NCBI GenBank assembly: GCA_044229975.1
Contig: JBGARZ010000012.1
Span: forward strand, 160,001 to 224,000
Direction of reading: 5' to 3'
Length of the DNA stretch: 64,000 bases
From: Polyangiales bacterium
GTDB taxonomy: Bacteria; Myxococcota_A; Polyangia; Polyangiales; Ga0077539
Positions 9,661-20,790 of this stretch are shown piece after piece. The notes below the pieces were generated by a model. It saw nothing but the letters and a program-made list of their open reading frames with translations, ran no database searches and was not told the origin of the DNA. Each line of letters opens with the position of its first letter. Within the stretch, counting starts at the first letter, position 1. Made by a program: the position numbers and the translations under genes.

Positions 9661-10200
9661 CTACCCGAAGAGCGCCTGCACCTCGGGTGGCGCCGCCGCC
9701 AGGTATCGCTCCCGCCACGGCACGTCGGTCGGCGCGCCATGCGCGATGAGCTTCGGCACCATCGCCCACTGCTTGTGCATCAGCGCGTACTCCAGCAGCG
9801 AGTGCGACCCCACGCCCTCCAGCGGAAAGTCCACCGGAACCCCGAGGCCCAGCAGGTAGTCGACCATCGCCGTGTTGCCCCAGATCACCGAGCGTTGCAG
9901 TGGCATCTCGCACACCCGCCGCTCGCGCACTGCGACGTCGGGCCACCGGGCGAGCACCCACTCGCAGGCGGCGACCGCGCCGATGGTTCCCGCGGAGCAG
10001 AAGGCGCCGTCGGCGGGCGCGGGCGCGTTCGGCGACGAGGCGGGCGACGCGGTGCATGTTGGCGTTGCATGCGAAGTGGAGCGGGCTCTGCTCGCCCGTG
10101 TCGAAGACGTCGACCGAGGCCCCGGCGTCGAGCAGGAACGTCACCGCGTCGAGGCACGCGGCCTCGTCCATGTGGAGGTTCCAGCAGGCGAGCGCGACGA
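9661..10200 (-). pseudogene. Frameshifted ankyrin-repeat gene
   Basis: FLLDAGASVD...SPLHFAC..NMHRVARLV in one frame continues as ADGAFCSAG...PLQRSVIWGNTAMVDYLLGLG..LLEYAL in another; shift near 10015-10030 in a CGCGCC repeat; 5' end unclear. Confidence 0.7.
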
Positions 10201-10360
10201 CGCTACGACGGATCGACGGTGGCGAAAGGCGAGCTGCGGACCGGCGTTGCCCGGTCGGCAACGTCGATCAGCACGATGCTTTCCGGCGTTGCCGCGCGCC
10301 CGGTCGTGAGACTCTCGATGCTTGGATGACGCTGGCGCATCGCCAGGAGGAGACACGCAG

Positions 10361-11038
10361 ATGCCAACGTTGAGAACGCAGGTGGGCAACCCCGGGGCGC
10401 GTCGTGAGGTCGGGCAGAAGGTGCTCTCCGCCGCAGCCGTGGTCGACGTGAAGCGCATCAAGGTGCGGCTGGCGGCCTTCAAGAGGGCACACGAGGCCTT
10501 CGTGCGGGCGAGCGACAAGGTGCAGGCGGCGGAGGCCGTTCGGGATGCGGCGCACGCGGCGGTGGCGGCGGCCGACGTGGTGCAGGACTCCTCCATCGAC
10601 GTGCTGGTGCTGGCGCTGGTGACGGCGGGCGCGCCGCGGCTGTCGCCGCTGAAGGGGCTGTCGACGTACTCGCCGAGCGACCTCAAGAGCCTCGCCACGG
10701 CGAAGGAGGCGAAGGAACTTCAGAAGGTGGTCGCGGCGATCACGAAGAAGGGCGCGGCGAAGGGCGCGCTGCGCAAGCCGACGAAGGCGGCCAACGACGC
10801 GGCGGCGGCGGTGCTGAAGGCGATCGCGTCGGTGGTTCCGCGGGAGCGGCTGTACCAGGAGTCGCTGGCGGAGCGGGACGCGCTGAGCCAGCCGTGGGAG
10901 ACGGCGCTCGCGTACCTCAAGCGGGCCGTGCGCGTGGCCGAAGATGATGGAGCGACGGGGTTGTTCGCGGCGCTGTTCGAGCGCACCGCGGAGGCGCCGA
11001 AGAAGAAGCCCGCGAAGGGCGCGGCGCCGGTGGCGTGA
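10361..11038 (+). CDS. Hypothetical Ala/Lys-rich helical protein
   Basis: AGGAGG RBS before ATG 10361; coding-like codon bias; no recognised motif. Confidence 0.75.
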   Translation: MPTLRTQVGNPGARREVGQKVLSAAAVVDVKRIKVRLAAFKRAHEAFVRASDKVQAAEAVRDAAHAAVAAADVVQDSSIDVLVLALVTAGAPRLSPLKGLSTYSPSDLKSLATAKEAKELQKVVAAITKKGAAKGALRKPTKAANDAAAAVLKAIASVVPRERLYQESLAERDALSQPWETALAYLKRAVRVAEDDGATGLFAALFERTAEAPKKKPAKGAAPVA

Positions 11039-11053
11039 AGGCGCCGCAGCCCA

Positions 11054-12745
11054 TCACCCCTCCGCGGAGAGCACCTCGCGCACCTTGCGCAGCAGCGCGT
11101 CGGGCGGCGCGGGCTTCGCCAGAAACGCCGTCCCCGCGTTGAGCACGCCGTGGTGGACGATGGCGTCCTCGGTGTAGCCCGACACGTAGAGCACCTTCAT
11201 CCCGGGGCGCGTCGGCGCGATGCGCTCCACCAGCTCGCGGCCGCTCATGTGCGGCATCACCACGTCGGTGAGCAGCAGGTGGATGCGCCCCGCGAAGGCC
11301 GCGCCCACGCGCAGCGCCTCGCCGCCGTCGCTCGCCTCGATGACCTCGTAGCCGCTGCGCTGGAGGATCGCGCGGTTCATCCGGCGCACCTGCTCGTCGT
11401 CCTCGACCAGTAGCACCGTCTCCGACCCGCGCAGCGTGGCCGACGACGGCGGCGCCCTCTCGACCACCACGGCCGCTCGATCGGTGCACGGCAGGTACAC
11501 CCTGAACGTCGTCCCGCGCCCAGGCTCGCTGTCGACCTCGATGTGCCCGTGGCTCTGCTGCACGATGCCGAAGACCGTCGAGAGCCCCAGCCCCGTCCCC
11601 TTCCCCGTCTCCTTCGTCGTGAAGAACGGCTCGAAGATCCGCTCGCGCGTCGACGCGTCCATGCCGGCGCCGGTGTCCGTGACCGCGAGCACGACGTGGC
11701 GCCCGGCGGTCGCCTCGGTGTAGGCGGCGTCGAGCGTCGCGCCCGCGACCTCGATGGTGAGCTTGCCCCCGCGGGGCATCGCGTCGCGCGCGTTGACCGC
11801 CAGGTTCATCACGATCTGCTCCATCTGCCCCGGGTCGGCGTACACCTTCCCCGCGGGGCGCGACGCGAGCAGCGAGAGCTCGATGTCCTCGCCGATGAGC
11901 CGCCGGAGCATCTTCTCCATGTCGGTCACCACGGCGCCGAGGTCGATCACCTGCGGCTGGAGCATCTGCTGGCGGCTGAAGGCGAGGAGCTGCCGCGTGA
12001 GGTCTGACGCCCGCTCGCTCGCGCGGAGGATCTGCTCGATGTTCTCGCGGACGGGTTCGTCGGGCCGCAGCTCGTCGAGCGCGAAGGTCGCGTAGCCGAA
12101 GATCACCGACAGCAGGTTGTTGAAGTCGTGCGCCAGGCCGCCCGCGAGGCGACCGACGGCCTCCATCTTCTGCGCCTGCCGGAGCCGCGACTCGCTCTCG
12201 CGCAGGGCCTGCTCCGCCTTCTCCCGCGCCGCGATGTCCCTCTGCAGAACCCGGTTGCTCTCTTCGAGCTCCAGGGACTTCTGCTCCAGCTTGCGGATGA
12301 GCGTCTCGCTGTACTCCCGCAGCATGTCGTCGCCGCCCGCGGGGGCCCTGGACGACGGCGTCGGGGCGCCCCGCTCGTCGCGCGCGAGCACCTCGCCCAG
12401 GCGGTCGAGGAAGGCCACGGGCTCGGTGGGCTTCAGGATGAACGCGTCGGCGCCCAGGCGGAGCGCGAGCTGCTCGTCCTCGGGGTCGGTGTACGTCGCC
12501 GTGTAGACGATGAACGGGATGTCCTTGAGGTGCGCGTCTGCCCTCCAGTGACGCAGCAGGGTGTAGCCGTCCATCACGGGCATCAGCAGGTCGGAGATGA
12601 CCACGTCGGGCGTCGCCTGCCGGGCCTTCACCAGGGCCTCGGCGCCGTGGCGGGCGACCTCCACCTCGTGGCCGCCGGGCCCCAGCAGGGCGCGGAGGTA
12701 GTAGAGGTTCTCCTCCTTGTCGTCGACGACGAGCACGCGCGTCAT
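11054..12745 (-). CDS. Hybrid histidine kinase (REC-HisKA-HATPase-REC)
   Basis: [23 protein letters not shown]-box; [28 protein letters not shown]-terminal receiver. Confidence 0.95.
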   Translation of the reverse strand: MTRVLVVDDKEENLYYLRALLGPGGHEVEVARHGAEALVKARQATPDVVISDLLMPVMDGYTLLRHWRADAHLKDIPFIVYTATYTDPEDEQLALRLGADAFILKPTEPVAFLDRLGEVLARDERGAPTPSSRAPAGGDDMLREYSETLIRKLEQKSLELEESNRVLQRDIAAREKAEQALRESESRLRQAQKMEAVGRLAGGLAHDFNNLLSVIFGYATFALDELRPDEPVRENIEQILRASERASDLTRQLLAFSRQQMLQPQVIDLGAVVTDMEKMLRRLIGEDIELSLLASRPAGKVYADPGQMEQIVMNLAVNARDAMPRGGKLTIEVAGATLDAAYTEATAGRHVVLAVTDTGAGMDASTRERIFEPFFTTKETGKGTGLGLSTVFGIVQQSHGHIEVDSEPGRGTTFRVYLPCTDRAAVVVERAPPSSATLRGSETVLLVEDDEQVRRMNRAILQRSGYEVIEASDGGEALRVGAAFAGRIHLLLTDVVMPHMSGRELVERIAPTRPGMKVLYVSGYTEDAIVHHGVLNAGTAFLAKPAPPDALLRKVREVLSAEG

Positions 12746-13128
12746 GGATCACTCCCCGGCGGCGCAGAGAGGCTGCGCTCCACCTCCGCGACGAAGGTCT
12801 CGGGGTTGATGGGCTTCTCGATGTAGCCGGTGCAGCCGGCCTCCAGCGCGCGCTCGCGGTCGCCCGGCATCGCGTAGGAGGTGACGGCGACGATGGGGAC
12901 CGACCGCAGCTGGTCGAGGGCCCGCAGACCGCGCGCCACGGCGTAGCCGTCCATGGTGGGGAGCTGGATGTCGAGCAGCACCACCGCGGGCGCCCGCTCG
13001 CGCGCCGCCTCGATGCCGCGCGCCCCGTCGGCGACGGACCGCACCGTGTAGCCGTGGCGCTCCAGCAGGAAGGTCACCAGGTAGCGGTTCTGCTCATTGT
13101 CCTCGATCAACAACACGTCTCGCGTCAT
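12742..13128 (-). CDS. Single-domain response regulator (DivK-like)
   Basis: [30 protein letters not shown]; 4 bp overlap with the downstream kinase. Confidence 0.92.
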   Translation of the reverse strand: MTRDVLLIEDNEQNRYLVTFLLERHGYTVRSVADGARGIEAARERAPAVVLLDIQLPTMDGYAVARGLRALDQLRSVPIVAVTSYAMPGDRERALEAGCTGYIEKPINPETFVAEVERSLSAPPGSDP

Positions 13129-13133
13129 CGGAC

Positions 13134-15578
<2,445 letters not shown>

Positions 15579-15752
15579 GGGGTTGGAGGCGGCGACAGTG
15601 ACATAACCCGCGGGATTGCTCGCGTGGTTGTTCGAGGAAGCGCGCGGGATGCTTCCATCCACGAACCGGTAGATGCCGCGTGGGCGTGCGCGTCACGCTG
15701 CGACATCATGTCGCGAGCCGCGCAGGGGGGCGGTGGTGCTATCCCCGCCCGC

Positions 15753-16766
15753 ATGAACTCCTCCTTCGCGCGCTCCCTCGTCGCCGTCTCTGTCGTCGCA
15801 CTCGCGGGCTGTGGCGATGACACCCCGACGCCCGCCGCCGACGCCGGCATCGACGCGCCGCGCGCCGACGTCCAGACGGTGCCCGACGTGCAGACAGCAC
15901 CCGATGTGCAGACCGCTACCGACGTCCACACCCAGGCGGGCGATGGACCGCAGCCGGTCACCATCAACTTCGGCGCGACGGTCGGGTCGAGGGCGTTTCG
16001 CTGCGGCGACCGCTACATGCTCGGGACGCCCGCGGTGGAGGCCGACGTGGTCGACCTGCGGTTCTATGTGCACGACGTGCGGCTGGTGCGCGCCGACGGG
16101 AGCGAGGCGCCGGTCGCGCTCACGGCCAGCACGTGGCAGCACGAGGGCGTCGCGCTCATCGACTTCGAGAACCACACCGGGGCCTGCGATCAGGGCGACG
16201 CGGAGACCAACACCGCCCTCGTCGGGTCGGTCGCACCCGGCGCGTACGTGGGGTTGCGCTTCAAGGTGGGCGTTCCGTTTGCGATGAACCACGCCGACCT
16301 CGCGTCGCTCCCATCGCCCCTCAACCGCAGCTCGCTCTTCTGGAGCTGGAACTCGGGTCACCTCTTCTTCGCCGCGGTCACCCGCGCCGCCGCGACGCGC
16401 CCCGTCACCCTCGACGGCGGCGTCGCCGACGGCTCGGTGACCGGCGACCTCGGCTCGATGATGGTCATGAACGACCACTTCACCCACGTCGGCTCCACCG
16501 GCTGCATGGGCAACCCCGCCGCCGGGACGCCCGTCACCACCTGCGCGAAGCCCAACCGCCCGGAGATCAACTTCGCGGCCTTCGATCCGTCGCGGCAGCG
16601 CGTCGTGGTCGATCTCGCGGTGGTGAAGGCCGGCGACGACATCACGGCCAACGCGGGCTGCCACTCGTTTACACCGTCGTGCACGCCGTCGTTCCGAACG
16701 CTCGGCCTCGACTGGACGACGGGCGCGGCCGCGGCGGCGACGCAGACGGCGTTCAGGGTCGAGTGA
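15753..16766 (+). CDS. mbnP: MbnP-family copper-binding lipoprotein (MXAN_0976-like)
   Basis: Lipobox LAGC; DLRFYVHDV, GVPFAMNH, FWSWNSGH (WxW), HVGSTGC, CAKPNRP; GTGA overlap with a di-heme enzyme. Confidence 0.8.
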   Translation: MNSSFARSLVAVSVVALAGCGDDTPTPAADAGIDAPRADVQTVPDVQTAPDVQTATDVHTQAGDGPQPVTINFGATVGSRAFRCGDRYMLGTPAVEADVVDLRFYVHDVRLVRADGSEAPVALTASTWQHEGVALIDFENHTGACDQGDAETNTALVGSVAPGAYVGLRFKVGVPFAMNHADLASLPSPLNRSSLFWSWNSGHLFFAAVTRAAATRPVTLDGGVADGSVTGDLGSMMVMNDHFTHVGSTGCMGNPAAGTPVTTCAKPNRPEINFAAFDPSRQRVVVDLAVVKAGDDITANAGCHSFTPSCTPSFRTLGLDWTTGAAAAATQTAFRVE

Positions 16767-18013
16767 AGTCCGCGGGGCTGGGGCTGTTGCTGTCGGTGAC
16801 GGCGGCCCTCGCGGGCTGTCCTGGCCCCACCGATGTGCCCGTCGACGCCCACACCGACGACCGCGGGTCATCCGTCACCGATGCAGGCACCGCGGACGTC
16901 GCGGACGTCGCGGATGTCACCGATGTGGGCGATGGGTATGCGTGGCGGTTGCCGCCGGGGTTTCCGCAGCCGGTGGTTCCGGCCGACAACCCGATGTCGG
17001 CAGTGAAGGTGGAGCTCGGGCGGCACCTCTTCTACGACCGACGTCTGTCGGACAATGGGACGCAGGCGTGCGCGTCGTGCCATGAGCAGGCGCGGGCGTT
17101 CACGGATGGGAGGGAGACGTCCATCGGGTCGACGGGGCAGATGCACCCGCGCAACTCCATGGGGCTCGCCAACGTGGCGTATGCCACGACGCTCACGTGG
17201 GCCAACCCGCTGCTGCTCACGCTCGAACAACAGGCGTTGGTTCCGATGTTCGGGCGCGAGCCGGTGGAGCTCGGCCTGGCGGGGACGGAGGCGCGGCTCT
17301 TCGAACGGCTGCGCGCCGAGCCGCGGTACGTCGCGCTCTTCCCGCGGGCGTTTCCGGGCGAGGGCGAGACGTTCACGGTGGCCAACATCGCGCGCGCGTT
17401 GGCGAGCTTCCAGCGCACGCTCATCTCGGGCGGGTCACCGTACGACCGGCAGGTGTACGGCGGCGACACGACGGCGCTGTCGGCGAGCGCGGTGCGCGGC
17501 GCGGAGCTGTTCAACTCCGAGCGGCTGGAGTGCTTCCACTGCCACAACGGGTTCAACCTGACGGACTCGGTGAACTACGTCGGGCGCAGCACCTTCGAGG
17601 CGCGCTTCCACAACACCGGGCTCTACAACCTCAACGGAACGGGCGCCTACCCGGAGCCCAACACCGGCGTCTACTCCATCACCGGGCTCGCGGCGGACAT
17701 GGGTCGCTTCCGCGCGCAGAGCCTCCGCAACGTGGCCGTCACCGCGCCGTACATGCACGACGGCAGCGTCGCGACGCTCAACGACGCCATCGACCACTAC
17801 GCCGCCGCGGGCCGCACCATCACGAGCGGACCCAACGCGGGCGTCGGCAGCCAGAGCCCGCTGCGCAGCGGCTTCCTCGTGGGCTTCGCGGTGACACCCG
17901 AAGAGCGCGCCGACCTCATCGCCTTCCTGGAGAGCCTCACCGATCGGGAGTTTCTGACCAACCCCGCGCACGCCGACCCGTGGCCGTCGCCGTGCGTCCA
18001 CTGCGGCGACTGA
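16763..18013 (+). CDS. mbnH: MbnH-family di-heme enzyme (bCcP/MauG superfamily, MXAN_0977-like)
   Basis: Lipobox LAGC; LGRHLFYDRRLS, CASCH, CFHCH, LRNVAVTAPYMHDGS, LIAFLESLTD. Confidence 0.88.
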   Translation: MKSAGLGLLLSVTAALAGCPGPTDVPVDAHTDDRGSSVTDAGTADVADVADVTDVGDGYAWRLPPGFPQPVVPADNPMSAVKVELGRHLFYDRRLSDNGTQACASCHEQARAFTDGRETSIGSTGQMHPRNSMGLANVAYATTLTWANPLLLTLEQQALVPMFGREPVELGLAGTEARLFERLRAEPRYVALFPRAFPGEGETFTVANIARALASFQRTLISGGSPYDRQVYGGDTTALSASAVRGAELFNSERLECFHCHNGFNLTDSVNYVGRSTFEARFHNTGLYNLNGTGAYPEPNTGVYSITGLAADMGRFRAQSLRNVAVTAPYMHDGSVATLNDAIDHYAAAGRTITSGPNAGVGSQSPLRSGFLVGFAVTPEERADLIAFLESLTDREFLTNPAHADPWPSPCVHCGD

Positions 18014-18059
18014 CGGGGCGCTTGCGAGGTGGGGCGCGGGCGGTCTACGCCATGCGGCC

Positions 18060-20612
18060 ATGAGCGAGCCCGCCATCGACGACCTCGAAGCCCTGCGGCA
18101 GTGGCTCGCGACGCGACCGGAGCCCGCCGCCGTCCGCGCCCTCGCCGCCCGCTTCAACGTTCGCACTCCGGGTCCAGTCACCCGCGAACAGCTCGTTCGC
18201 CTCGCCGCCGTCGAGCACCCCGACGCCCTCCCCGATCTGCTGTCCCCCATCGTCGCGGCCGACCCGCTCGAACGACCGCTCTACGCCGCCGCCGGCGAGG
18301 CGCTCGGGGTCGCCTGCGCGAAGCGGAAGGTCGCCTCCCCCGGCGGCAGCTACGCCAACCTCCTCCAGCTCGCGACCGTCGAAGCGCAGGGCGCGTACCT
18401 CCGCGACGCCGGCGCCGTCATCCATGTCTACGAGGTGTGGTGCCTCGGCACCTGGCTGGCACCGCGCGCCGTCGCGCTGCCCGCGTGGGTCAAGCGCGCC
18501 TACGGGGCGGCGCTGATCGGGTGCGTTGCGCGGGCGCAGAAGCACGAGCGCTCGTCGCTGTTTCCCTTCGCGGCGCTGCTCGACGCGGCGGAGGTCGAGC
18601 AGTTTCTGCGCGCGTGTGCGAAGCGCGCGGGGCACTTCGAGGTCGCGCTCGCCCGCGTCGCTGAACAGGGCTTTGCGCAGTGCGCCGACGGGGTCGCCGC
18701 GCTGCTCGACGACGAGACCATCGGGCGCGTCGCGGCCACGGCGCTCGCGACCATGGGCGAGGTCGGAGCCGCCGCCGCGGGGCGTGTGCTCCTGGCCAAC
18801 AGCACGGCGTCGAGCGCTGTCGAACGCGCTCGCGTGATCGTGTCGCTGCCGCCACCGCCGTTTCCGTTGTGGGCGGGACAGCAGCGCTCGATGCCCCGCT
18901 TCGGCCGTGACCCGAGCGTCGACCTGCAACCACGGTCTGCGACCGATGCAACGGCGCGGAAGGAGCCCACCGCCCTCGCCGCCATCGAGCGCGCCATCAC
19001 CGAGCGCCCCGGCGCCGACCTGCTGACCCCCGACGGGTGGGCCGACCTCCTCCAGATCGTCGCCCTCGACCCGCACCTCGCCGACGTCCCGGGCGCCTAC
19101 GAGCGCGCCCTGCGTGGTGGGCGTCTCGGTCGCGGCGCCGACCCCGACGCGCTCACCGCGGCGCTCGACGAGGTGCGCTGGGACGCCGCCATCACCCGGC
19201 ACTACCCGGCCAGCGAGTGGGGCGTCGGGTGGGCGCTCCTGTGGGCGGGGGCCGATCGCGCGGTGTATCGACACGCCATCGCGCGCTTCGAAATGGCGCG
19301 GGTGACCGAGGTCCTCGGCGCCCGGGAGAACCAGCTCTCGGGCGCCCTCAAGGCGCTGCGCCCCGCGTGGGCTCCCGGCATCGAGGCGCTGCTCAAGCAC
19401 TACGGCGCCAACCGCAACGAGACCGCGTGGCAGGGCCTCCCGGCGCTGCTCGCCTCGATCGATGCGCCCGCCGCCGAGGTCGAGCTCGCGGCGCCGTCAC
19501 CTGACCTCTGGATCACCGGCCGCGTACAGGGCGCTCGTCGCTTCACCGTGCGCCTCCGCCGCGACGTGACGCTCACCGTCGACGTCGACGCCGAGCGTTG
19601 GACCGTCACCACGTCGCAGGTGATGTCCGGCGCCACGCCGCCGCTCGACGCCGACCGCGGCGTGTGTTTCGCCGTCGAGGTCGCGCGCGACGGCATGTAC
19701 GTCGGCATCGACGGCGCGGTGATGCACGGTGCCTTCATGGGCTTGCCCGCGGAGGCGGGCTCGGTGCGCGTCACGGCCGAGGGCGACGGGGCAGCGGTCG
19801 TCGAGCTGACGCTGCGGGCGAAGTACACGGTGCGCGCGGCCGAGGCGGCGTTTGCGCTCCTCAACGGGCTCGATACGGCGCAGGGGTACACCGACGTCGC
19901 GGGGGTGCGCTCGGCGTCGGCGGCCCACGCGCTCGCGGCGGCGGCGATGCTCCTCGACGAGCCGGGTGCGACGTTCGCGCGCGGTGCGTTGCTGACGATG
20001 GGAGGCGACGAGGCCGAACCGTGGCGACGGCACCTGGGCGACGCCGGCGGAACACCGGCCGCAGCGACGGCCTTCGCGGTGCGGAGCTTCGAGGACGTCG
20101 TTCGCGTGCTGCACGACCTCAAGCTCGGGGCGAAGGCGCGCGGCAAGAAGCCGGTGGTGCTGCGCCGCGGACAGACCCAGCGGGACAACTACGAGTACGC
20201 GTCCTTCGCGCCGAAGCCCGAGACGGAGGACTGGGGCGCGCGCAAGGCGGTTCCGTTTCCTGCGGTGTATCTGTCGGAGGAGCCCGCGCCGCTCGACAGC
20301 ATCACGTACTTCGGCGACGCGCTCTCGCGGCTGCCGTGCCTCTGCCGCAAGGGACGCGGGACCCACGCCCGCGTGAGCTACTGCGTCGACGACGGCAACT
20401 ACCTCGTCGCCTCGCTGGAGCTCGTCGACGGCGGCGACGACTCGTACGGCTGGTCCGACGTGATGGCGGCGGCGTGGCGGGTCGACGAGGGCTGGTGCTG
20501 GGCGATGCTGGAGGGCAGCGACGAGCCGCTGCGCGCGCTCATGGGGGTGGCCGCGCTGCCCCCGCAGGTCGAGTGGAAGAGCGCCGACCGCGTGGTCATC
20601 GGCGACTGGTAG
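18060..20612 (+). CDS. Large hypothetical protein (850 aa)
   Basis: Long ORF with coding-type codon usage; helical N-terminal half, beta-rich middle; no recognised motif. Confidence 0.75.
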   Translation: MSEPAIDDLEALRQWLATRPEPAAVRALAARFNVRTPGPVTREQLVRLAAVEHPDALPDLLSPIVAADPLERPLYAAAGEALGVACAKRKVASPGGSYANLLQLATVEAQGAYLRDAGAVIHVYEVWCLGTWLAPRAVALPAWVKRAYGAALIGCVARAQKHERSSLFPFAALLDAAEVEQFLRACAKRAGHFEVALARVAEQGFAQCADGVAALLDDETIGRVAATALATMGEVGAAAAGRVLLANSTASSAVERARVIVSLPPPPFPLWAGQQRSMPRFGRDPSVDLQPRSATDATARKEPTALAAIERAITERPGADLLTPDGWADLLQIVALDPHLADVPGAYERALRGGRLGRGADPDALTAALDEVRWDAAITRHYPASEWGVGWALLWAGADRAVYRHAIARFEMARVTEVLGARENQLSGALKALRPAWAPGIEALLKHYGANRNETAWQGLPALLASIDAPAAEVELAAPSPDLWITGRVQGARRFTVRLRRDVTLTVDVDAERWTVTTSQVMSGATPPLDADRGVCFAVEVARDGMYVGIDGAVMHGAFMGLPAEAGSVRVTAEGDGAAVVELTLRAKYTVRAAEAAFALLNGLDTAQGYTDVAGVRSASAAHALAAAAMLLDEPGATFARGALLTMGGDEAEPWRRHLGDAGGTPAAATAFAVRSFEDVVRVLHDLKLGAKARGKKPVVLRRGQTQRDNYEYASFAPKPETEDWGARKAVPFPAVYLSEEPAPLDSITYFGDALSRLPCLCRKGRGTHARVSYCVDDGNYLVASLELVDGGDDSYGWSDVMAAAWRVDEGWCWAMLEGSDEPLRALMGVAALPPQVEWKSADRVVIGDW

Positions 20613-20630
20613 GGGCGGCTGCGGAGGAGA

Positions 20631-20761
20631 CAGCCGCAAGGGCGCAAGGGGCGCAAGGGCAGATGGGGTGAGCATGGATTGAAGGATTCGTTGCTGCGGT
20701 CGTGGGAGACCTCGCTCTACGAATCGTTCTGTCCCTTGCGACCCTTGCGTCCTTGCGGCTG
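20631..20761. repeat. Inverted repeat built from CGCAAGG units forming a ~130 nt hairpin (REP-like) between convergent genes
   Basis: CAGCCGCAAGGGCGCAAGGGGCGCAAGGGCAGA (20631-20663) versus TCTGTCCCTTGCGACCCTTGCGTCCTTGCGGCTG (20728-20761); inner GATTCGT/ACGAATC stem. Confidence 0.75.
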
Positions 20762-20790
20762 ATTCCGGCGTGGCGCGCTCACCCGCTCTG

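Noticed and set aside
15753..18013. Methanobactin biosynthetic cluster
   Set aside because: No mbnA/B/C or TonB receptor nearby; only the MbnP/H-type pair
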